Source of the DNA: a virus
Taxonomy: Duplodnaviria; Caudoviricetes
Length of the DNA: 58,671 bases
IMG/VR virus record: IMGVR_UViG_3300032323_001828
Coordinates: 1-58,671 of that record
Direction: 5' to 3' (one strand)
In this document: positions 10,905-19,877 of the stretch, piece by piece
Numbering within the stretch: position 1 is the first letter of the stretch
How the letters are laid out: every line of letters begins with the position of its first letter
The notes under the pieces: model-generated
Database searches by the model: none
The model's input: only the letters and a program-made list of their open reading frames with translations
What the model was told of the DNA's origin: nothing
Made by a program: the position numbers and the translations under genes

Positions 10905-11147
10905 TTAATTAATATTGGGTGTACCACTACTACCGGTGCACGAACCGCCGTTATCAAACCATAGATCCATGGCCTGCTGACGGTAAGCTTCTAGTTCATC
11001 TGTCTTTTGTTGTTGTGCCTGACTATCTTGATATTCGTATAGGCGTTCTTGGTATGCAGATTCAGTCAAGGCATGCCAGCCACAGCATTTACCAGTTGGG
11101 CTACGGCCACAGCCACATCTACCTGCTACTTCGGGTTTTGGCATCAT
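10905..11147 (-). CDS. CDGSH-like 3Cys-1His Fe-S/Zn protein
   Basis: CGCGRSPTGKCCGWH; AGGAG RBS before Met10 of the ORF. Confidence 0.55.
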   Translation of the reverse strand: MMPKPEVAGRCGCGRSPTGKCCGWHALTESAYQERLYEYQDSQAQQQKTDELEAYRQQAMDLWFDNGGSCTGSSGTPNIN

Positions 11148-11314
11148 AGTGTTTTCTCCTGTAATCCGCGCCATTCGTTAATTTTGATATCTGTGGACCA
11201 ACCTGTTTCAGTCCACTCAATCAAAGCTGGCCAGGGCCAGCTGTTCATATTTACTTCATACAGTCCTGGATATACAGGACTGATGGTGTTAGGGAACCAA
11301 TCAGTTGTCTTCAT
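11144..11314 (-). CDS. small Trp-rich hypothetical protein (56 aa)
   Basis: Manual translation MKTTDWFPNTISPVYPGLYEVNMNSWPWPALIEWTETGW...EWRGL. Confidence 0.65.
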   Translation of the reverse strand: MKTTDWFPNTISPVYPGLYEVNMNSWPWPALIEWTETGWSTDIKINEWRGLQEKTL

Positions 11315-13076
11315 CTACAAAGTCGATCATGTTGCCGTCGGCATCTGCAGTAACAATGCGAGTATTCCCCTGGTCGTCTGTAACTTCCAGTGGTCCCCAG
11401 ACCCAAACTTCGGTTTCATCTAGATACCAATCTCCATCTTCTTCCAATGAATACGACCCTTGTTCGTTGACCAGTTCTTCTAAGCGTTCTGCTTCTTCCT
11501 CGTCGTCGATACCTTCAATTTCAACATCAAACCAGCAACCGCCGTCGAACATTTCAACAAGTTCTGTGCTTTCAATGTTGTCACCAAAGCAGGAGTTTAA
11601 ATCAATGCTATCTAAATCAGCACTACCCCCAGGGCAGTTGGTAAAACTAAATTGCGGAAACTCGCCGTTGTTGGTTTCTACACGGTATTCTGCTGAGCGG
11701 AATCCGTCAGAGACCTTGATACGTCCAGGACCATCATTTTGTACAAAATACTCGTGTTGTTCGCAGGACTTTTTGTAGTAAGTTCGAACTGTCCACCATT
11801 TGGATTTTGATTCTGTCACTTCTGTCTCCGATATTGTTGCTGGACCATATGGCCATCCAGATTTAATCTCTGCAAGTTCCTCTGGATCTGCACCAACTTG
11901 TTCTCCAAGTTCAAGTACAATCTTTTCTAAAGATGCCACAGGATCCCATTCTTTGCAATACTTTGCACGGTTGGCACGACCTTCTTTAGTGTCTGGATCG
12001 TAGTCGATCCACGAAAACTCTGTGCCATCGCACTCAGGACAGTGATCGTTGTAGTCGTCGTCGGTGCGTCGGTCTGAACCCATGCCTACCCAGCCACACG
12101 CTTTGTTGTCACAAATGACATTTACCGGCTCAGGTGGTTGATTGACCCAGGATGTTGTGTCCCAGTTATAGCCCGACCAAGACACTATGCTGTCGTCAGA
12201 TTTGCTATGGAACTTGCCGTATTCCCAGTCACCAAAATTCTTGCCATCCCAATACAGGCTACCATAGGTGCTACCATGACCATAGTTACAACTATAATAT
12301 CCGGGATAAACTGGTCGGTGTTGTTTGAACTTGAAGCTAGGGCTCTTTTCCCAATCGCTAGGGCTAGTTCCGAACTCAGGATGACCCCAGTCTTTTTCTT
12401 CTGGTTCATAACGTTCAAAATTACCGTCATCGTCGGTAAGTCTGACCATGTTCATGTCCGAACTCTTGCCGTCTGTGCTGCCGCCGTTGTTGTCGATTTC
12501 ATCACCATCGTAGTAGACACTGGTAACGATCTCTTCACCGTCAACTTCATCATAGTGCAAAGATAATTTTTCAATTTCAAATGGTGCTCTGAGTTCAATT
12601 TCGCCTTCAAAGAAAGTGCCTTTCTCGTTGCTACTTCCAACAAACACCACTTCGCCTTTTTTACGCATACCAATCCAGACTTCATCATCACAACACCACT
12701 CTGGACTGTCTTCACAACCGTCACAGTCCCCTAAACTTTTTTCAAACACAGTATCGCCGTTTTCGTCTTCGATTTGCAAGGTACCGGCATCGCGGCTTAC
12801 ACCATTCACGTGTGCCATGCCATCGCACTCGTACCACGATCCAGGATAGAACGGCAACTGGTCTAGGTCCAGGCCCATTTCTTCTTGCACAGTATCTTCG
12901 TCACTCCAGGCTATGTCGACCAAATTAACCTGATGTTCCATACAATAGTCCCAAGACTTGGGATCCACTGTGCCCATGACTTTTTCACCACCGTAGCCCC
13001 ACATCTGGATAGTGTAGGTTCTTGGTGTAAATTTAAGTGTGTCTATAAGTTGTTGTTGCTCTTGTTCGGTTGCCAT
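11301..13076 (-). CDS. highly acidic multi-domain protein with a Zn ribbon
   Basis: 591 aa, D/E rich, CDNKACGW...HCPEC. Confidence 0.75.
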   Translation of the reverse strand: MATEQEQQQLIDTLKFTPRTYTIQMWGYGGEKVMGTVDPKSWDYCMEHQVNLVDIAWSDEDTVQEEMGLDLDQLPFYPGSWYECDGMAHVNGVSRDAGTLQIEDENGDTVFEKSLGDCDGCEDSPEWCCDDEVWIGMRKKGEVVFVGSSNEKGTFFEGEIELRAPFEIEKLSLHYDEVDGEEIVTSVYYDGDEIDNNGGSTDGKSSDMNMVRLTDDDGNFERYEPEEKDWGHPEFGTSPSDWEKSPSFKFKQHRPVYPGYYSCNYGHGSTYGSLYWDGKNFGDWEYGKFHSKSDDSIVSWSGYNWDTTSWVNQPPEPVNVICDNKACGWVGMGSDRRTDDDYNDHCPECDGTEFSWIDYDPDTKEGRANRAKYCKEWDPVASLEKIVLELGEQVGADPEELAEIKSGWPYGPATISETEVTESKSKWWTVRTYYKKSCEQHEYFVQNDGPGRIKVSDGFRSAEYRVETNNGEFPQFSFTNCPGGSADLDSIDLNSCFGDNIESTELVEMFDGGCWFDVEIEGIDDEEEAERLEELVNEQGSYSLEEDGDWYLDETEVWVWGPLEVTDDQGNTRIVTADADGNMIDFVDEDN

Positions 13077-13087
13077 AATGTCTCTTG

Positions 13088-13360
13088 TTATTGATAATCT
13101 CTATTTAACTGCGACCAGGTCATCCAAGCCTTAAATGCATTATACACAGCCGAGGCTTCTGTGTCATCCTGTTCGACTTTCTTGCCACGAACCCAAAATC
13201 CGTCTGGGCTCACTCGCAACATTTCGGTTCCGCCGGCCAAGCAGGTTATGGTGTTCATGGGTAATTCAGTATTTGACTTTGCTTGCCAATTTGAATGTTT
13301 TTTCATCTCCGCCATGGTCCGATCATGATCCTCTTGCCAATACTCATGCTGTGTTTTCAT
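13088..13360 (-). CDS. hypothetical protein
   Basis: 90 aa ORF in operon packing. Confidence 0.65.
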   Translation of the reverse strand: MKTQHEYWQEDHDRTMAEMKKHSNWQAKSNTELPMNTITCLAGGTEMLRVSPDGFWVRGKKVEQDDTEASAVYNAFKAWMTWSQLNRDYQ

Positions 13361-13439
13361 GCTACAAACTGTCTAATACGTTTTAGGGCTTTTTCAATAC
13401 GCCATTTAACGTAGGCGATCCATTCTCTGGGGTGTATTC

Positions 13440-13583
13440 TCATCGTTGAGATCCATTCAAAAAATCCATAATTTTACAAATTACAAAAACCAAGACCAAC
13501 GAGCCTAAGATCATAGCCATTGCTTCGACCATCCACGGCTCAACCCAGCTGATGTTAAAAAGTTTTACGTATTGATCAAACAT
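13440..13583 (-). CDS. small membrane protein (47 aa)
   Basis: Manual translation MFDQYVKLFNISWVEPWMVEAMAMILGSLVLVFVICKIMDFLNGSQR; coupled to the ligase stop. Confidence 0.5.
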   Translation of the reverse strand: MFDQYVKLFNISWVEPWMVEAMAMILGSLVLVFVICKIMDFLNGSQR

Positions 13584-14956
13584 TATAATTTTTCTCCCGG
13601 TTCAAATCCACGGAAACGAACAAAACGAGGAAACCGTAAACTGTAAGTTCCGTCTTGGTTTTGAGTTACAGCATCCGCCTCAACCTCAACCACGTCGCCA
13701 AGTAATTGATCTCTGGCACGCCAATATTCATCGCGATTAGCATCGGAAAGGCCGCTGCCCACATTAACACGAATAGCACGATCATTATCAACTCCTTCAC
13801 ATATTATGGCGCCCAGGCGACCAGCATTGCGACCTGTGCCTTCTTCAAATCCAACAATATTTAAATCTACCGTGATAGTGGGTTTCCACTTCATCCAAAA
13901 ACTACTGCGGCGACTTTCGTACGGTGCGTCCCAATCCTTGATCATGATACCTTCAAGCCCTTGTACCACAGCATCCTTGGCATAGCGTTCAAGTTGGTTG
14001 TGCCCTTCTGCGGTGTCTAAATCTACTAGGATGCCCGTGGTAATTTTAAGATACTGTTGACCCACTTCAACAATCGACCGATGTTCTTCAAGAAGTTCTG
14101 TGCGCTTATATTGCTGGGCATTCCAAAATCCACGCTCAAAATCTGCCAATGGCAGTATGTCAAAAATGTGATAAACCATGTTATCAGTTTTAACATCCGT
14201 CTTGCGTTGTGCTTGTTTCATTAGGTCTTGAAAACTCTTGCCTACAACTTCGCCGTCCAATACAAACGGTCCTTTCATTTTTAAACTTAAACGACCCTTA
14301 ACTACATTGATAGCATCAGCTATCTGTGGAAAGTTATCAAATGGTTTTCCGTTACGACTGAACAAGCTCACGCCATTTTTAGTAACCAATGCCAACACAC
14401 GCACACCATCCAATTTGCCTTCGAGGCGCTTGGTACCGGTCATTTTTCTAGGATGGTCTCCTGAATCTTGTGCAAGCTGGCAAGTGAATGTAGGGATCTT
14501 CCACTCAGTTTTACCAAGAACTTTGTTTAATGTTTTCTCACTGATACCACAGCGTAGATCTTTGATCAACACTCTACGAGCCAGCCCGTTCCACTCTACT
14601 GAGTCAAACATTTGGCTAATTTCTTCAATACGATCGCGGGCCGCATGTCCAGTAAGACTTCGAGTACGCAGAGCTTCCAGCATGGCCCAGAACATCGGCC
14701 AAGGATTAGATCGGTGTTCTAACCCATTGGTCTCTGGCACCTTCTTGACGCCAAATACATAGTAGGGGTTGTAGGCCTGGTAGCAGTTAAACAAGAAACA
14801 TTGAGCATTTGAAGATCCTAACTTACTTGCCATTAGGGCCTTCTCAATAACTGATTCTTTGTGTAAACGGCTGTCGCTTGCTTCAAGGTCTCTAATCCAG
14901 TCAGCGGCCACTTTGATCTCATTGAATTGATCACCGGTAAAATCTATGGTGTTCAT
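13583..14956 (-). CDS. ATP-dependent DNA ligase
   Basis: KLDGVR, LDGE, EGIMIK, WMKWK and SLRFPRF motifs. Confidence 0.96.
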   Translation of the reverse strand: MNTIDFTGDQFNEIKVAADWIRDLEASDSRLHKESVIEKALMASKLGSSNAQCFLFNCYQAYNPYYVFGVKKVPETNGLEHRSNPWPMFWAMLEALRTRSLTGHAARDRIEEISQMFDSVEWNGLARRVLIKDLRCGISEKTLNKVLGKTEWKIPTFTCQLAQDSGDHPRKMTGTKRLEGKLDGVRVLALVTKNGVSLFSRNGKPFDNFPQIADAINVVKGRLSLKMKGPFVLDGEVVGKSFQDLMKQAQRKTDVKTDNMVYHIFDILPLADFERGFWNAQQYKRTELLEEHRSIVEVGQQYLKITTGILVDLDTAEGHNQLERYAKDAVVQGLEGIMIKDWDAPYESRRSSFWMKWKPTITVDLNIVGFEEGTGRNAGRLGAIICEGVDNDRAIRVNVGSGLSDANRDEYWRARDQLLGDVVEVEADAVTQNQDGTYSLRFPRFVRFRGFEPGEKL

Positions 14957-14964
14957 TTATTTAA

Positions 14965-15696
14965 TCAGTTAGCGATTGATACTTGACCAACTACAGCACC
15001 GGGCTTTTTAACAGCTTCTGCTCGGCGAGCTTTGTACTCAGCATTTTCTACCGGCAACAAATTAAGAGTCGAGGTGGTTCCATCGGGTTGTACCACACTA
15101 ACTTCGTTACCTCGTTGCGGAGCAACTGGTGTTATCTCAACTGGTTTTTTGCCCGAGGTTACATCATCTAGTTCTTTGAACGCTTCCGGAGCACGGGTCT
15201 GTGCATCTCGGGCGGATTTCAACACATTCTTATCACCAAGTGGCAAGGCGACCAACACATAGGTACGGATGCGATTGCCTTCGCTCACATGTTTCATTTC
15301 CACAGTTTCTACACCGGTAATGTCTACATCAGCGCACATGCTACGGATTGCCATTTCACTTTGATCCACACTGGTGTCTCCAGAATCGCTTCTGAACATC
15401 TTGGTCTGTTGCCGGATCTTACCACCTGCGGCTGTACAAATCTTGGCATAGGCCATGGTTTTGGCCTTGATGTCAGCAAATCCAAAGTCGCCACTCGTGG
15501 CAGTGCCGTTTTCAAAGATGTAGCCAGGAGCCTTGGGCAATCGGCTCATCCAAACCGGAGCTTCTTTGATAGCCGAATTCATCTGTGCTGTCTGCACACT
15601 GTTCTGTCCGGAATACATGGCACTATAGTTTGGGTTAGAAGTACCACAGGCTGTGAGTACACCGGTCACTGTTAATGCAATTACAATTTTCTTCAT
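14965..15696 (-). CDS. lipoprotein (LPP20-like)
   Basis: Lipobox LTAC; APVWM...GTATS...AKTMA pattern. Confidence 0.75.
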   Translation of the reverse strand: MKKIVIALTVTGVLTACGTSNPNYSAMYSGQNSVQTAQMNSAIKEAPVWMSRLPKAPGYIFENGTATSGDFGFADIKAKTMAYAKICTAAGGKIRQQTKMFRSDSGDTSVDQSEMAIRSMCADVDITGVETVEMKHVSEGNRIRTYVLVALPLGDKNVLKSARDAQTRAPEAFKELDDVTSGKKPVEITPVAPQRGNEVSVVQPDGTTSTLNLLPVENAEYKARRAEAVKKPGAVVGQVSIAN

Positions 15697-15730
15697 TTCG
15701 ATCCCCTTGGGGTTTGTTTACGATAACAAC

Positions 15731-15759
15731 ATTTTACTACAAGGCTTACCATTTGTCAA
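15731..15759 (-). promoter_or_regulatory. sigma70-type promoter
   Basis: TTGACA-17 bp-TAAAAT upstream of the lipoprotein. Confidence 0.55.
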
Positions 15760-16309
15760 CCACTTGCCATGTGTTGCCGGCTATTTGACAAATGATGCCC
15801 TGGCGCTGTAGTAGATCACGTCCAGGGTGTACTTCGGGTTCAATGAACCATCTGCATAGATTGGTGCGATGACGAAAATGGTTAGGGAAGTTTGGATGCG
15901 GACGAACTTCACTTTCTCTAACCATTTCACCACGTTTTACCGACCTTACTTCCACAGCAGGCTGATCAGTACACACCATGTTCTGTTCCACAGTGATGCG
16001 TCCACCGTCTGCACGGCTCAGCAGTTGTATGCGGCCGGAGTTGACTGCGCCATTGCAAAGTTCCTGCTCACTCATGGTTTTTGGTCCTATCTTTTCGCCT
16101 TCGGCTGTGATCCAGGCACCGTTTACCTGTGCTCGAAACTGCACTATGCACTTGTTTTGTGTGGCCGAAATGGGCACAACCAAAGGTTCCACATCAGCAA
16201 TGCTGGTGATGCTCATGGCAGTCTGATTGTTCACGGTCGATCTAACATAGCACTGGCCCCAGGCTGTGGTCGATACCACAGCCAATATCAACGGGAGTTT
16301 TCGAAGCAT
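15746..16309 (-). CDS. secreted Cys-containing protein
   Basis: Signal peptide MLRKLPLILAVVSTTAWG; six Cys. Confidence 0.7.
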   Translation of the reverse strand: MLRKLPLILAVVSTTAWGQCYVRSTVNNQTAMSITSIADVEPLVVPISATQNKCIVQFRAQVNGAWITAEGEKIGPKTMSEQELCNGAVNSGRIQLLSRADGGRITVEQNMVCTDQPAVEVRSVKRGEMVRESEVRPHPNFPNHFRHRTNLCRWFIEPEVHPGRDLLQRQGIICQIAGNTWQVVDKW

Positions 16310-16584
16310 GATGATCTCAATGACCAAATGTTGTTTTTCAACCGACCAAAATAGCGTTGATCTTCCAGGGTGGGTTTTCGTGTGCGAAAATATTCCATAT
16401 AGTCAGCAATGTTGCGATTGAGGCTGTCAATTTGTATCTGTGCAATGGCACAGTTGGCCCTGAAATTCTGCATATCGGCTGGTTTATAACCGGAATCTGC
16501 TGCCGGATGGCTGGCACAGCCCACCAAGGCAGCCAAGGCCAATGGAGCCAAGAGTTTAACCACGTTGCTGATGGCGGTACTCAC
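16288..16584 (-). CDS. lipoprotein
   Basis: Lipobox LVGC. Confidence 0.65.
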   Translation of the reverse strand: MSTAISNVVKLLAPLALAALVGCASHPAADSGYKPADMQNFRANCAIAQIQIDSLNRNIADYMEYFRTRKPTLEDQRYFGRLKNNIWSLRSSCFENSR

Positions 16585-16714
16585 GTTTCAACCAAAATCT
16601 ATACATGCGAAAGTAGGTGTTGGCATCGCACGGCTCAAACCCCAACCCAACCGCTTCGTCCTTATGTTCCATGTAGATGCGTTGCAACCAAACTCTAAAG
16701 GCAGTAGTTTTCAT
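16556..16714 (-). CDS. hypothetical protein (52 aa)
   Basis: Manual translation MKTTAFRVWLQRIYMEHKDE...YFRMYRFWLKREYRHQ. Confidence 0.6.
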   Translation of the reverse strand: MKTTAFRVWLQRIYMEHKDEAVGLGFEPCDANTYFRMYRFWLKREYRHQQRG

Positions 16715-16926
16715 TTTTTCTCCATGATATGTTTGATCACTGCAGAGGCTTCTGGGAAGCCCTGGCGTTCTCTGCTGACAACCACTGCTTCGATCAGTTC
16801 CATTTGTGTTTCGTGCAAGCCCGACACAAAGGTCATGATCTGGTCACGATTCAAAGTCATACGGATATTGCCCATGATCTGACGTTTGCGATCAGCACCG
16901 GGGCTTTCTTCTTGATCTTCGTACAT
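16711..16926 (-). CDS. hypothetical protein
   Basis: 71 aa, AGGAG upstream. Confidence 0.6.
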   Translation of the reverse strand: MYEDQEESPGADRKRQIMGNIRMTLNRDQIMTFVSGLHETQMELIEAVVVSRERQGFPEASAVIKHIMEKK

Positions 16927-17078
16927 TACACAGTCTCCTTATTACATTCACGGGCAAAAATACGGGCCACATCTTCCGGAGTTACATAGTCTTTACAATA
17001 GATGTAGGTTTCTTCTTGAGTGCGGCCACATGCCTGCCAGTGCATGATTTCAGTTTCAATATGCTTGAAAGATTCCAT
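16926..17078 (-). CDS. hypothetical protein (50 aa)
   Basis: Manual translation MESFKHIETEIMHWQACGRTQEE...; coupled at both ends. Confidence 0.55.
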   Translation of the reverse strand: MESFKHIETEIMHWQACGRTQEETYIYCKDYVTPEDVARIFARECNKETV

Positions 17079-17395
17079 TATTGAGCCTCCCCATATGCTG
17101 CCGCATCGGCATCAGCAGACCAACTAGCATACTCTTCTGGGTCAATGATATCAGCAAACTCGGCTTCATCGATTACCCAACCTTCGGATCGAAGCTGTTC
17201 ACGACCACTGACGGTCTTCTTCATTGCATCCATAGCATCGTGGATACCGTTAATTTGTGATTCTAGCCACTCACGATCACGCCATTGTTCAGGAGTAGCA
17301 AAACGTGGACGCATACCGTAATAGTCCTTGTGGAAATCACTAAAGTAACCTTGCAATTCTTCTACATCGTACTGGGCTAAATGATTCTGGGTCAT
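17078..17395 (-). CDS. early hypothetical protein
   Basis: YFSDFHKDYYGMRPR motif typical of small T4-like early proteins; own promoter and RBS. Confidence 0.75.
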   Translation of the reverse strand: MTQNHLAQYDVEELQGYFSDFHKDYYGMRPRFATPEQWRDREWLESQINGIHDAMDAMKKTVSGREQLRSEGWVIDEAEFADIIDPEEYASWSADADAAAYGEAQ

Positions 17396-17397
17396 AT

Positions 17398-17457
17398 ATC
17401 TGCTCCTGTTTATTAACTATACAACTATTATAACAAATTGGGCATTATTGGTCAACC
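17398..17457 (-). promoter_or_regulatory. early sigma70 promoter + RBS cassette, copy 1
   Basis: GGTTGACC-17 bp-TATAAT...AGGAG; 58/60 identical to 17621-17680. Confidence 0.85.
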
Positions 17458-17463
17458 AAAAGG

Positions 17464-17619
17464 TTAATAGGCAATAGGGTGAATATACTCAGCCCGGCCA
17501 ATGTAAAAGACCCGGCCGTTGTTGAGCATCCGTGCAGTGCGAGTTGACTGTTTGATGTAGTCGTTGCCGTTTAGGTGGAACAAGCGTCCAATCCTTAGTT
17601 CTGCAAAGTCTAGTCCCAT
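17464..17619 (-). CDS. early hypothetical protein (51 aa)
   Basis: MGLDFAELRIGRLFHLNGNDYIKQSTRTA; start trimmed to follow the RBS. Confidence 0.7.
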   Translation of the reverse strand: MGLDFAELRIGRLFHLNGNDYIKQSTRTARMLNNGRVFYIGRAEYIHPIAY

Positions 17620-17620
17620 G

Positions 17621-17680
17621 ATCTGCTCCTGTTTATTAACTATACAACTATTATAACAAATTGGGCATTTTGGGTCAACC
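17621..17680 (-). promoter_or_regulatory. early sigma70 promoter + RBS cassette, copy 2
   Basis: Near-identical repeat of 17398-17457. Confidence 0.85.
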
Positions 17681-17683
17681 GTT

Positions 17684-17830
17684 TTAGTCTTGCACTTGTT
17701 TGCGGTGTTTTGTGTGGCGTTTATACAACGTGTGATTTTGTTCAGTTTTGGGGCGAAAAGGCAGGTCGCGGGCAAACAATATGCTGTGGGCACGGTGTTT
17801 TAAAACTTGGAGTTTTTTGACCTTTTTCAT
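17684..17830 (-). CDS. ArfA-like basic peptide (48 aa)
   Basis: Manual translation MKKVKKLQVLKHRAHSILFARDLPFRPKTEQNHTLYKRHTKHRKQVQD. Confidence 0.5.
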   Translation of the reverse strand: MKKVKKLQVLKHRAHSILFARDLPFRPKTEQNHTLYKRHTKHRKQVQD

Positions 17831-17839
17831 AGTATAGTA

Positions 17840-17870
17840 ATTATACGCAAAAGGTCTTTTTGAGTCAACC
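17840..17870 (-). promoter_or_regulatory. early sigma70 promoter
   Basis: GGTTGACT-17 bp-TATAAT, 9 nt before the ATG. Confidence 0.7.
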
Positions 17871-17872
17871 TG

Positions 17873-18880
17873 TTATGTAACCACTATGTTGGCTGCATCT
17901 GCGGTGGTATAATTGGACGGAATCAGGTTGGCCTGTGCCAGTGGCGGAACAGGATCCGACGGTACCACTGCATTGGTCTGTATGCCGGCATTGCCCAACA
18001 CGGCCAAGTTAACACCCTCTCTCAGTGTGGCTACCACAGCCTGGCCAGTAAATGTGCTTATGTTGGCCACACCTTCCCAAAATTGTGCCATGCCGCCTGT
18101 TTCAGTTTGTGTGCCATACACAGGCAAATTAAAAACCAAACTGTACACCGTGGGGTTGTTGTTGGCAATTAGATTTCCAAAATCTATCTGTGCCGAGGAC
18201 TGTAACGTTTGTTCTTGAGACACTTGTGCCGCCATTGAAGTAAAATACGAATTAAGTATGGCCACTTGTGCAGAGCTATTATTGGCTATATTGCCAATCT
18301 CGATCCTGGCCACTGGTATTAACCCCGGACCGGTGGGTGGAGTATCACCACCGGTGCCAGTCATTGCTGAATCTGCAGCAGAAGAAATTACTACGTTAGA
18401 AACATTTCCCACGTTGCCAATATTGGCATAGTATGTGCCAGCAGCAGGTTGTCCACCCGGAATTGTCACAGGCCCATTGACCGGATCTCCGTACACATTA
18501 CCGACCACACTGTTCATGGTTTCGTACACTGTGGTTAGATATGCAATATTGGTGTTGGCAAAAGTAGACACTGTGTTGAGAAAATTATCGGCAACTTGAT
18601 AACCGGCTGCAATCCCAAGCACATCGCATATCACAACTGGTGTTCCATCTGTGCCGGCAATGTTTGACAAGTAACCGGAAACCGAAGCAGGCACAGCTTC
18701 TGTCAATGTCGTGATCAACGGAAGATTATTAGTGGTTTTTAAATTGATCACAGCATTTGCCAGCACAGGCAAGCTCATGGTGCTGATACCAGAAATTTGT
18801 TGTAAACTGGTTGCCAGGGCTTTAGCTGCTAAGGCCTGGTCAGCAGGTATAATTTGTCCGAGTCGATCGTAAGCAATCAT
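17873..18880 (-). CDS. putative virion structural protein
   Basis: 335 aa, A/N/T/V rich, co-transcribed with PAAR. Confidence 0.6.
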   Translation of the reverse strand: MIAYDRLGQIIPADQALAAKALATSLQQISGISTMSLPVLANAVINLKTTNNLPLITTLTEAVPASVSGYLSNIAGTDGTPVVICDVLGIAAGYQVADNFLNTVSTFANTNIAYLTTVYETMNSVVGNVYGDPVNGPVTIPGGQPAAGTYYANIGNVGNVSNVVISSAADSAMTGTGGDTPPTGPGLIPVARIEIGNIANNSSAQVAILNSYFTSMAAQVSQEQTLQSSAQIDFGNLIANNNPTVYSLVFNLPVYGTQTETGGMAQFWEGVANISTFTGQAVVATLREGVNLAVLGNAGIQTNAVVPSDPVPPLAQANLIPSNYTTADAANIVVT

Positions 18881-19875
18881 ACTAGGCTGCTAATCACGTA
18901 AGGAGGTAACAATCGAGTCAATTGTGTGTTGACTGAACCAATGCTGTCAACATACACATTAACAGGGCCATTGGCAGTGGGTGCTGTGAGACTCTGGAAA
19001 CTGTTAGGAAATAATTTTAAAGGATTTAACAAATCAGCAACAGTTTGTATTCCCACGGTAGTGACTCCCAAAACCTGAAGAACTTGAGACAACTCATTGC
19101 CGGTAATTTGTGTCATGACCTGATACATGGCACGTTGGATGCTGTCTGTAACAGAAGCTGTCGGATTGGTTAAGTTTAAAACTACTTCTTCGGCAATGCC
19201 AGCATTGACAAACGCCACTGACAAAACAGGCACAGTACCGGACACAGCAAACAACTGTTGCACCAATGCCAACGGGCTTCCAAAATTATTTAGATTGCGT
19301 AAATTGATCAGTTGGCCAAGATTCTGCAGATCACTACCAAACGCCTCGGTGACCAAATTGATTGTGGTGATACTGCCAGTTATCATGCTGTTGATCGACG
19401 TGAATGTGTTGCCCAGGTATGTCTGGCTGTTGACAGCACTGTTTATAAAAATGCTAGTCTGTTCGGCATAACCTTGAGCTTGATTTACTGCTTGTGTTAG
19501 CTGGCTAACATTGTTGTTGCATATATCAACCGTGGCCTGTGCAGTGATCACAGTGGTCATCTGTTTTATATTGGCATTGGCAATGCCAATACTAATAAAG
19601 ACATTTCCAGTTCCTATGTTGGCATAAGCTGGAGGTATGCTGTTGCTAAAAGCTGAACAAGTATTGGCCGCCAATGTTTCCAAGTTGGCAATTACTCCTG
19701 CCGACAACACATTGGCAGATCCTACTTGAATGGTGTTTAAAAATGGTGATATCAGTGCGGTGTCTTGATACTGTATGATTGCCTGTGTCAGGTTGGCATT
19801 TATTCCAATTCCTTGATTTTGCAACAGTCCAGCAGCAGCATCAAGTTGTAGTGCTGTAAGGGTTCCATTGGCCAT
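18877..19875 (-). CDS. putative virion structural protein
   Basis: A/N/Q/T rich, directly downstream of PAAR; start trimmed to Met18. Confidence 0.6.
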   Translation of the reverse strand: MANGTLTALQLDAAAGLLQNQGIGINANLTQAIIQYQDTALISPFLNTIQVGSANVLSAGVIANLETLAANTCSAFSNSIPPAYANIGTGNVFISIGIANANIKQMTTVITAQATVDICNNNVSQLTQAVNQAQGYAEQTSIFINSAVNSQTYLGNTFTSINSMITGSITTINLVTEAFGSDLQNLGQLINLRNLNNFGSPLALVQQLFAVSGTVPVLSVAFVNAGIAEEVVLNLTNPTASVTDSIQRAMYQVMTQITGNELSQVLQVLGVTTVGIQTVADLLNPLKLFPNSFQSLTAPTANGPVNVYVDSIGSVNTQLTRLLPPYVISSLV

Positions 19876-19877
19876 GA

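Noticed and set aside
17620-17793. N-terminal extension of the 109-aa ORF in the track
   Set aside because: It runs through the promoter/RBS repeat; the real start is the ATG at 17619, and the region overlaps the ArfA-like ORF
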